Source of the DNA: the human T2T-CHM13v2.0 reference genome, Homo sapiens
Length of the DNA: 64,000 bases
NCBI RefSeq assembly: GCF_009914755.1
Contig: NC_060934.1
Reading direction: 5' to 3' (one strand)
The translations under genes and the position numbers were made by a program. Positions 53,200 through 64,000 of this stretch are shown here, piece by piece. Numbering within the stretch: position 1 is the first letter of the stretch; every line of letters begins with the position of its first letter. Under the pieces are notes generated by a model. That model was not told the origin of the DNA. It did no database searches and saw only the letters and a program-made list of their open reading frames with translations.

Positions 53200-54980
53200 G
53201 TAGTCGAGGCTGAGCCTTGTGACAGGTGCAGATGCCTCCTGGGGCCAATGCAGCTGGTCACAGCAGTGGCTTTGTCCAATCAGGACTAACCTAAGAAGAG
53301 AGATTCATGCTGTCCATCTCTCTGCTCTGGATGCAGCATGTGATGCTGTCATTGGCTATTTAGGAGAAATTATCCTGGATGATGAGTTCCAGGAGTTACA
53401 GAGAAATTTTGGGGACTAGTACTAACAGGGGTTTGAAGCACGAAAGAGAATAAGCTCATGTATGGCCCATTTTAAAGAATAAGTGTTTGGTAGAAAGGTA
53501 TATTGGGAAACAGTTGTTGGAGTAGATTCTTGCAGTTAAGCCAGTGGCTTTAATAACACCCAACAACTTTCTGGCTTCCTAAAGAGGAAGAGGCTGGTGA
53601 CATATTTATACTGCTCATGCTTATGGATTTTCTGACTTTTAAGGAAATACTTCTGGACTACACAGGAGAATAAGAAGGCTGGGCACTGGCCTTTAGCAGT
53701 GGTTTAGTGGCAGCTTCCTTGAACAAATCATTTTACATGTTAGCTTCTAGCAATGAGGTCAGTCTGGACAGCACAGGTCTAATAGGCTGTTGGGCTCCAG
53801 CTAGTGATGACAAACAGGAAAGACTGACTGTTCTGAGGCTCTTCATTAATGCTAAGTATTGATGGGTCATAAAGAAAATGACTTGACCTCCTGGGACCTC
53901 TGTTTCTCCTAAAATACCTTATTGCGTTCAGTCACTCAAGTATTCCTGCTAAAGTAGATGCTTCTCCAAGGTGCTTCTGAGTCAGACAAGTCTCAAACAA
54001 GATGATGTCCAGCCTTCCATCTAGGGTCCCTTCCCCAGCTTTCATGTCATGGATATGTCAACATCAAGGCATAACCTACCATCACTAACCCTTTCTGTCC
54101 CAAATACCACGGGCTGTCTTTGAAAGAATCTGTGTGTTCGTAGTTTTTGCACTTGGGTAAAAGTGAAAGACCCTTCAGCGTGAGTAGCCCAGCTCTGCAG
54201 GATTTTGACTACTTGGGAATTATCTCAGGTATTACTCAGACCAACTCTTCAGATCTCTAAAGCTCCTATTTTCTTCCCACTGTTCTGGGGGAAATTGGAG
54301 CAAGTTTTGGTGTAGGAATCAACTAAAAAGTGATGTCTTTTTCCTAAAAGCTACAGCTGGAAATTAACTCTTAGGTTTGCAGTCCAGTTATGACTGTTGG
54401 TATTGATGTGGTTTCCAGGTGAAGCTTTTTTTTTTTTTTTTTTTTTTTTAAAGCATAACTTTGGAAACAAATTTATAGATAAATACTTAAGCTAACCTAA
54501 TGGATCTATTCTTGGCATTTCCTATGATTACCCATTTAAAGACAGAAGCATTAGATACTGTGTACTTTTCATTGTTAGTTCTGTGAAGACAAAGTATCTT
54601 TTCCATTGCAGTTTCTATTTTACTGGGCACCAATGAAATGTAGGCTATGTACTGAAAATAGACCAAAAGGTATCCTTTTCTTATAGCATGTTACATTATT
54701 TGTGTAGGTTTACCTAAAGTCCTTTCTGTGTGGATTCATTCATTAGGTTTTCTGTTGGGGTAGGGTGAGTTTGGTAAAAATGTGATTTTGCAAATTCTGC
54801 AACTCTAACTGCAGTCTTTCTGTCAAAATTTGTCCTACCAAGATGGTGTTCCACTGGTCTAGCTCAACATGCATAAGAGGAGGTAGCAAACAGTTTTTAT
54901 GGTCATCTGTCTGACTTTGTTTAGGCATGGCATAGCAGATTGGAAAACATGTATGTCACAACTCTAGAAAAGAAAAAGAC
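53200..54980 (+). pseudogene. Processed pseudogene of ARL2BP (BART); CDS remnant ~53283..53755 followed by probable 3'UTR-derived sequence
   Basis: DAACDAVIGYLGEIILDDEFQELQRNFGD* aligns with ARL2BP DAEFDAVVGYLEDIIMDDEFQLLQRNFMDK. ~53611-53730 gives LLMLMDFLTFKEILLDYTGE*EGWALAFSSGLVAASLNKS versus LLTFTDFLAFKEMFLDYRAEKEGRGLDLSSGLVVTSLCKS. Intronless, with stops and frameshifts. Outer boundaries approximate. Confidence 0.88.
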
Positions 54981-56506
54981 AACAATTTAATGTATAATGT
55001 GTATCTTTGACATTTTAAAAAGCAAAAATATGATTTTGTACTGGAAAAAATCTACATTTGAGAGAGAAATTTATTTCATGAACTACATTCTTAATATTAC
55101 AAAAGGTGTTAATGCTAGATTTCAACTTTACCTAATTAAAAATAAATTACATTTATGTGTCACAGCACATTTAAGGCTATCTTGCCTGACCACCTGTTTC
55201 ATATAACTTTCTCTTTATGAAACAAGTTTAAAAAACCAAAAACGAAACAAAGATTAAAGGGATCAGAGGGTAACAGAAAGAGAAAGAAAGCGGTATTGTA
55301 TTTTGGCCATCTCACTAACTAGGATGTAATTCTGTGCTACTTCCTTAACCCACTACACCGCAAAGTTCCATATGTCAAATGGGGACAAGAATAATAACTT
55401 TCCAAAAAGTCCTTAAGGTGACTAAATGAAATGATGTTTGTGGAAAATGTTTTGTAAGATGTAAAGCTCTATACCTACTCATAAGTGTAAAAACGGGCTC
55501 ATTATGAGGCCCCTTAAACAATGCTGTGCAGCATAGGGTATCATTTGATTTAGGAGTGCCAAAGATTAATAATATAGCAACTGTATCATTCCCCCAATTC
55601 CTCCCTCCCCAAATGCTGACTGTAAGTATTATACATAAAAGCTTCCACCAAATTGTATGAGGTAGAAAGTTTAGTATTTGAAGTTTGAATGTTTTGCTCT
55701 GCCGTTGACTTGCAACTGCTGTGTCTTCTCCCATCTGTACAAGTTAGCTAAACTACATGCAGAAACTAGGAAAATAAGTGGACTACAAATACATACACAA
55801 ACACCCTACTTCAGAAAAATAATTTCCCCTATGTTCATATCACATTTTCCTGCATACCAAGCATCTGTAATATACATGTCATTTAATCTAACCCTGATCT
55901 TCTGACTATGTGGATGCAAAGCTTTTGAAGTAATTTAGTGTATAGTACACTAACTTGTATATAGATACCACTTCAAAAGGAATACAAGTGCTTTAGAAAC
56001 ACCAGTGTCCTGGAAGGAGACCTACCCATCAGTTCTTGGAAAGAAGCTGAATTGTGAGGCTTTCCTTAATTGGCACCACCACTCCTTTCATAATGGTTCC
56101 TAATCTAAAAGCAAAGATGACCTCACTTCTTGCGCCTGACTCAATAATATCCTTCTCTCTGCACACAATTTCAGAGTATCCTTAGCTCTGTAAATATTTA
56201 TGCCTACTTTAATACTTCACATGACCTAAATTTATCATTTGGTAAACTCCCCCTTTATGGTCAAGTAGTTAACTGCATCACATGTGGGTGACATAAGCCA
56301 TTAAACACTTCAGGGTCAGCATCGAAGGTGCACAATCACTTAGCTTGTAAACATAAGCCGATGATTCCAGGGATCAGAGGCTAAGGCTCACATCCTGTCA
56401 CGGTATCCATCTTAGAAGAGCTTGAAGATTTGGTGAGAGGCACGGAAGCTTCATGCTTCTCCATCCCCATGGTGCTTTGAATGGCACTTTGGGCAGGAAA
56501 GTGCCC

Positions 56507-56570
56507 AATGGTTGTTAATAATGGTAAATGGTTGTTAATAATGGTAAATGGTTGTTAATAATGGTAAATG
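56507..56570. repeat. 20-bp tandem repeat, ~3.2 perfect copies
   Basis: (aatggttgttaataatggta)3 aatg. Confidence 0.92.
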
Positions 56571-56571
56571 A

Positions 56572-56892
<321 letters not shown>

Positions 56893-57149
56893 TCACTCAT
56901 ATATAAAGGCCAGCTATATGATTTATGCAAAGCTGGAATTTTAAAGCTGGAATTTTAAAACTGTCTTTTATGGTGTTATCTGTTCTACTGTGATCACTGT
57001 CAACACTGATCACCCATGAAAAGGCACTTTGAGATCATAAAAAAATGTTTCACAAAGATTACAGTGTCATAAACAAGTATGGGACTAGTGCACATGATAA
57101 TAATAAACACCAAGATCACCACCTGTCTTTTTAAGCTGTAATAATACTA

Positions 57150-57320
57150 ATTAGCACTTAGTAAGTACCCACTATGTGTTGGGCATGAAGCCAAATGCTT
57201 TTATACTCACTTTCATTAACTCCTCACAATGACTTAATGAAGGAGGCACCACTATTATCCCCATTTTATAGATGAGGAAGCCGAGGATCAAAAAGAGCAA
57301 GTCACTTGCCACAGGTCAAA
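57150..57320 (-). mobile_element. MIR
   Basis: actattatccccattttatagatgaggaagccgagg...aagtcacttgcc. Confidence 0.75.
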
Positions 57321-59267
57321 TACTTAGAAAGTATTATTCATCTTAAAGTAGGTACTACTGACAGAGAAAGATTCTACTTTCATATAATTAGCATTTCATA
57401 TTTACCCTTCCCTATTCATTCAAAGTATTGCTGATTACAATGCATGACATCATCCTATATACTTGAAAGACTAATGGGCTACAGCTCATCTTAAATTCTG
57501 ATATTAAACTCAGGTAAACTACCTTAGTATTTTATATATCCAAAGTTTCATGTAGATTAAAGGTTGAGTAGAGTTGAAGAGAACTGATCTCTATGACGTG
57601 ACAACTTCAGGATTCTCGGGGTCCTTGACAAACAGCCAATACTTGTGGATCAGGTGTCGATGAGCGATATGCCCTCACAACCACAAATTCAAAGAAAACA
57701 CAATTTGTGGGAAAACACACAACGCAAGCTTTAGTTCATTCCTTGGGATTTCCTTAACAAATTAAACTATTGCTCCACTTCCTGATGAAACAAGCAGGAT
57801 ACTACAGTGATTGTACCTTGTGCCAGCAAGGTCAGGTTGATGAGATAAAATGGGAAAGTCATGCGGAAAAACACACAGCCCATTTCAACAGATGGAGTTA
57901 TTATAAAATTTCATTTAAATATATGGACAACATGGGTAAGGTTAGCCTCCTCGTGAGTGTATCGTTTGTTCTCAACTATTCAAGTAGAGAATAAAGATTT
58001 CTCAATGTTTAAGTATCCATATCTATCCAGTGGGGGAATAAGCTATACATACAAGACCCCATTAGTTCTAAAGTGAGGCTTCTTTCTTCTTAATTCTTAG
58101 CCAGTCCCATATCCTTGCTGAAGGCCCGGCTTCTCTCATGCCTTTCTCTGAAGTTACATGGCACCTGAAGAAACAGTGGCATTTGTGTGGAATGAATACC
58201 AAATGAGACACTCCTAGGAAACAAAAAGTAGTACCTAAGCGACTTTTGTCTTAACAGTTTTCAATACCTCAATCCGAACAATTCCTCTTTTTAATAACAG
58301 AGGTGATATGCCATGTACTGTGAAGATAAGGAGTTCTGTTTTCTATTGAAAGAAATCTATCACACCTGTTGTTTTTATAAGCATTATCATTTACACTGTA
58401 ATTACAGTATACAGTATACTGTTATTACAGTGATAACAGAATAGTCTAGTGTCATAACAGTATCTTGTTTATACTGTAATATTTCTGGGCTTGATGTTTC
58501 TTCTCGATAAAACAGTTGAGGTGGCTAATGATGAAAAAAAAAGCATATATATCCTGAACAATAGTTTATAAATAGAAACACAAAGACACATGAAAAACCC
58601 TTTGAAATTCACTTTCAGTTTATACTCTTTCTTACTACACATTAATGAGGGACTGAGATATTGGGAGATGGTAAAATGTCCTGTTAAAAGAAACATTAAG
58701 TTATATAAAGTGTAATTTTAAGCTTTAAATTTACTTTAACTCTATTCCATGTTATTGTGGTTTAATCAATTAAAGCGGTAAACTTGGCTAATTATAACCA
58801 CTACCTTTTTTAAAAGTGTATGTGTGTGTGTGTTTGTGTGTAGTTTTATTTATTTATTTGGCTCTACAAATACAATGAACATTAGCCTGGTGAGAATATA
58901 GACCATTGGCTTGAAAGTAGAAAACGCCTCAAGCCTGGCAGTTATCAGCTCCTGTGGGAGAATTTCCTTGGGCAAGTCAAGTCACTTCTCTGAGTCCAGT
59001 TTCCTCCTCTGTAAAATGAAAGTGCTCTGAGTGGAGTAAAAGAGTTTATGACAGACCAGAGTACCAGGGTTATTACACTCTTCATGTTGAAATTATTATA
59101 AAAATACAGAAGATATAGCAGTCTCAAAAAGGCTTTACACTTTTATTTTGGAAATACTTAAAAACATATTCAATGAGCACTGAATGAATTCTTTCCATGT
59201 TCTTTTTATTAAATTAAACTGACAGTTTTATTATTTACTCACTGATTGCTATCATTTGGCTTGGGTT

Positions 59268-59419
59268 TAGGGTTGCCAGATAAAATAGAGGACACCCCAT
59301 TACATTCAAATATCCCATGCAATATTTGGCACATACCTGTACCAAGAGATTATTCAGTTTGTTTAAAATTCAAGTGTCAGTGGTGTCGCGTATTCTTATT
59401 TGATAAATCTGGAAACCTA
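59268..59419. mobile_element. MER53-type hAT MITE
   Basis: TIRs tagggttgccagataaaata ... tctggaaaccta. Confidence 0.7.
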
Positions 59420-59745
59420 CTTGAAAAAATGGATGAGAAAGAGGAGAAAAATTGGATGGAAGGAAATGTGACAAAATTATTTTTGAAATTACCCAAAAAG
59501 TGAATTTAATAAATAAAAGGAGATAAGTTGGTCAAGTAACATTTCCCAAAGTGTGTTCTGTTGTACCAGCCCTGAGTGAAACTATTAAAAAAAGGGAAAT
59601 AGTCTTTTATTATTTAACATAAATGGTCAAGTTTCGGAAATAGTTCATATTTTATCCTCCTCTTAAAGAAAATTATAATTTCTAATAAGGGTTCTCAGGG
59701 CATTTATATGTGAAAGTAAATTATGCATTTATAAGAGGGAAATAG

Positions 59746-60100
<355 letters not shown>

Positions 60101-60377
60101 AGCAAGGGGAACCTTCTTTATGGTTTTAAAATGCCACAATTCAATTCATGTGTTAACTGAACACACTTTGTGAACATCAGAGTAAATAACAAAAAAATGC
60201 TGTACAGACATGGATCAATCATGCACAGCAATATAACAAGAATGCTTCCTTCTGATTGAGCAGGGTAATTATTCAAGGAGTATCTGTCCTGAGCTATCCC
60301 AAACCACAGAGAGTTGCTAGCTATCATTACAAAGCACAAATACTTCCATTTGAATTGCCAGACTATTGTGTACCAGC

Positions 60378-60658
60378 AATGCTGATTATAAAACAGAGTA
60401 ATTAGGGTAGCAGAGAGGCAGCTGACTCAGTGTAAGAAAGCCTTCCCTTAGTCTAAATTTGTGGTCTACAATGTGTCAGTTACAGATACTCAGAAGGGTC
60501 CAGAGTTTGAATGCAAGGGAAACAGGAACCCATATGTGCATCAAACTTGTTTACAGCTTGAAAAACCAACATATCACTATCTTGAAAACTAAGGATGTGC
60601 TATCACGATTGATGAAGTATTTTTCATTTAAATATTTTGTTACATTTATAACAACTTT
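60378..60658 (+). repeat. ~280-bp direct repeat, source copy
   Basis: Matches 61535..61812. Confidence 0.93.
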
Positions 60659-60755
60659 TAATTATTAATTTTCTCACTCAACACATTGAACTACTATCAT
60701 GTGGTATTCTGCAAAAATATCACAGTGGGCCTCATTTGTTAATAGTCTGGTAATA

Positions 60756-62246
60756 CAGTCATGCATCCCTTAACAACAGGGATAGATTCTGAGAAACATG
60801 TCCTTAGGCAATTTCATCGTTGTGCAAACATCATACAGTGTGCTTACACAAACCTAGATGGCATAGCCTACTACACACCTAGGCTATATGGTATAGCCCG
60901 TTGTTTCTAGGCTGCAAACCTGTACAGCATGTTACTGGATTGAATCCTGTAGGCAATTGTAACACAATGATCAGTATTTGTGTATCTAAACACAGAAAAG
61001 GTACAGTAAAAATATGAATAAAAGACTAAAAAAATGGTATGCCTGTATAGGGCATTTACTAGGAATGGAACATGCAGGACTGGAAGTTGTTCTGGGTGAG
61101 TCAGTGAGTAAATAGTGGGTGAATGTGAAGGCCTAGGACATTACTACACATTCCTGTAGACTTTATAAACACTGTACTCTCAGGCTACACTATATTCATA
61201 AGATAATATTTTTCTTTCTTCATTAATAAATTAATCTTAGGTTACTATAACTTTTTTATTTTGTAAGCTTAATTTTTAAAAACCTTTTGGCTATTTTATA
61301 ATAACATTTGGCTTAAAATACAAACACATTTAGCTGTACAAAAATATCTTCTTTATATCCTTATTGTATAAGTTTTATTATTTTTAAAAGTGTTTTATTT
61401 TCATGTTTTTACTTTTTAGACTTTTTTTTTTTTGTTAAAATCTAGGACACAAACACACACATTAGCCTAGGCTTACACAGGGTCAGGATCATCAATATCA
61501 CTGTCTTTCACCTCCACATTTTGTCCCACTGGAAAATGTTATTATCAAACAGTAATTAGGGTAGCAGAGAGGCAGCTGACTCAGTATTAGAAAGCATTCC
61601 CTCCATCTAAATTTGTGGTCTACAATGTGTCAGTTACAGATACTCAGAAGGGTCCAGAGTTTGAATGCAAGGGAAACAGGAACCCATATGTGCATCAAAC
61701 TTGTTTACAGCTTGAAAAACCAACATATCGCTGTCTTGAACACTAAGAATGTGCTATCATGATTGATGAAGTATTTTTCACTTAAACATTTTGCTATATT
61801 TATAACAATTTTGTCTTCTGGGGCAATAACATATATGGAGCTGTCCTCTCCTATGATAACAATACCTTCTTCTGGAATACCTCCTGAAAGACCAGCCTAA
61901 GGCTGTTTGACACTTAACTTAAAATATATACAAACAGGAGTACGTTCTAAAATAATGACAAAAAGGATAGTCAACACATAACCAGTAATAGAGTCCCTTG
62001 TTATCCTTATCAAATACTATGTGCTGTACCTAATTGTATTAATATGTTCTATACTTTTATATGACCGTCAGCTTTGTACATTTGTTTACAGCAGCAGCAT
62101 CATAGAATGTGAGTAATGTGTGGTGTTCAGATGGCTGTAATGTCACTAGGCAATAAGAATTTTTCAGCTCCATTATAATGTTATGGGACCGCTGTCGTAT
62201 GTGCTGTTCACAGTTGACTGAAATGTCATTATATGGTGCAGGACTG
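60756..62246. mobile_element. Tigger3b (TcMar-Tigger) DNA transposon, both ends present, carrying a ~278-bp foreign insert
   Basis: TA|cagtcatgc...ttctgagaaa...caaacctagatggcatagcctactacacacctagg at the left end; gtcactaggcaataagaatttttcagctccattataat...gactg|TA at the right end; TA TSD. Confidence 0.9.
61535..61812 (+). repeat. ~278-bp direct repeat, copy inserted inside Tigger3b
   Basis: Interrupts Tigger3b between ttgtcccactggaa and gtcttctggggcaataac. Confidence 0.92.
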
Positions 62247-63360
62247 TAGTCTTCTGAGGGACTTAAATGGTTCCCAGATTGGTGCAGTGGTGCAGCCACC
62301 ACCAAGCCTTACGGTCAATACAAATTCCCCTCTTCTCCCATCCTCAAAACCAACCAATCTGAATCAAATGCTAAAATGATATTGAAAGTGCTAAAAAGCA
62401 GATCCAAGTGAGTAAGTAGTGGTAAAAGAAAAAAAAAAGGTTTTTGGATAACTTGGAAATTTAATAACCTGCTTCTGAATAACTGAAAGAGATTCATAAC
62501 TTGTCCAATGGTAATGATATTTATTGAATGCTCACTCCATAGCTGACACACTGTTCAGTGCTTTTCCCACTGTATCTCCTTTACCATTCCCACTGTACGG
62601 ACAGGAAAGCTGAGGTATGGGAGGTTAAGTCACTTGTGCAATACCACATCCCTAGAAAGGGGAGTTCAAGGATTAAAACTGAAAGTCTAAATGAAACTCA
62701 AATTCACAACCATAATACAATATTACTGAAAAGTGGAATGACTTACTGTGAGCAGACACCACTTGTGAGTGTCTGCCAGAACAGATACAGACCCCACAGT
62801 TAATCTCATTAAAAAGCCAGTAATTGGGTCCTCGGGACATGTGGTGAAAAGACTCAGTACACAAAACAGCCAACGTCAAACTAAAGGAGGTAGAAAAGTC
62901 AAGCACCTCTAAAGGAAAGAAATCATAAGGAACTTGAGGTGAACCCATTTTTATATGCATAAGGTTGAAGCCTGAAAAAATTTAGTTTTGAGCACAGCAT
63001 GTTACAAAGAACACTAATGGGATTCTAAATTTTCTGAAAATATGTCCAATATAAAAATGTTAAACTCTCATTTCTTTAGAAGCCCAAACTTCTGAGCCAA
63101 CCGTCTTGCAAAAGGAACTTGACAGATTTTAGTTTTTAAGAGGTTTGGGATCTTAATATTGCACAGGTCAGAGAAGTTAAAATTTTACTTTTTTATTTGA
63201 AGAGTAGGAATAAATGGATCTATAGGGCAAAACTTGGAATTGAAACACTATATAGATATGGATTTCCAAAACATTTTTTTTCAGGAGAATCTCACAAAAT
63301 ATCAACCATCAACCACATCTTCAACACAGAAGACAGAGTAGAAGCTTTTTGGGTTTATGT

Positions 63361-63660
63361 TGTTGTTTTGTTTGTTTGTTCAAAAAGGGGTCTCACTCGG
63401 TTGCCCATGCTGGAGTACAGAGGCATGATCACAGTTCACTGCCTTGACTGCCTAGGAAGAGGTGATCCTCCTACCTGAGTCTCCTGAGTAGCTGGGATTA
63501 CAGGTGTGCACCACCATGCCCAGTAAATTTTTGTATTTTTAGTAGCAATGAGATTTTGCCATGTTGTGCAGGCTGGTCTCCAAATCCTCAGCTCAAGTGA
63601 TCCTCCTGCCTAGGACTCCCAAAGTGCTGGGATTACAGGTGTGAGGCACCGCACCTGGCC
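63361..63660 (-). mobile_element. Alu (AluJ-type)
   Basis: Diverged Alu with a (TTTG)n tail, ending gcacctggcc. Confidence 0.9.
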
Positions 63661-64000
63661 CAGAGTAGGATATTTAAATAAAAAGACTTCATTTTTGTAA
63701 TTAATATAGTGGCATCTTCATTTTGGTAAACTATTACTTTGGTGGTCTCCAGTGAGCCCTGCCTCCCAGTATATACAAACAATAGTACATCAGGACTAAG
63801 TGGTCAGGAATGCAAAGTTGCCTCAACGTTCAAAAATCAGTCATAAATCACCACATTAGTAAAATAGAAAACCATATGTTCAAGAGATACAAATAAGCAA
63901 CTGGTAAAATGTAACACCCATCTGTGACTAAAAAAATACAAAACAAACTCTTATCTGAGTGTTTAAAGCAAGGGAAAGACATGGCCACATATTTGCTGCT

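Noticed and set aside
56507-56570. Regular 20-bp repeats as a CRISPR-like array
   Set aside because: Head-to-tail with no spacers, no cas genes, and eukaryotic context.

Overview
Primate, almost certainly human, genomic DNA covering the 5' half of RHOBTB1 (atypical Rho GTPase / CUL3 adaptor) on the minus strand. It contains a CpG-island promoter with a TATA box and non-coding exon 1 (~49085..48732), a 51-nt 5'UTR exon (46614..46564), the first coding exon (16312..16111, ATG at 16302) and the second coding exon (15750..15647); later exons lie left of the window. The rest is intron or upstream DNA rich in Alu, L1, L2, MIR, MaLR LTRs and DNA transposons, plus a degraded ARL2BP processed pseudogene (~53.2-55.0 kb) and a tailless U2 snRNA retrocopy (17631..17687). 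No prokaryote-type system or new protein-coding gene is supported. The main second-look items are: (1) the 5'UTR micro-exon begins with GTAAGT, a recursive-splice/ratchet site; (2) a Kozak-context uORF and G-quadruplex in exon 1; (3) a possible 306-nt circle of the two coding exons that would be exactly one ORF; (4) a ~280-bp flanking segment copied into a Tigger3b transposon with a 124-bp perfectly identical core; (5) other local templated duplications. Repeat subfamily names come from remembered consensus sequences, not from a search.
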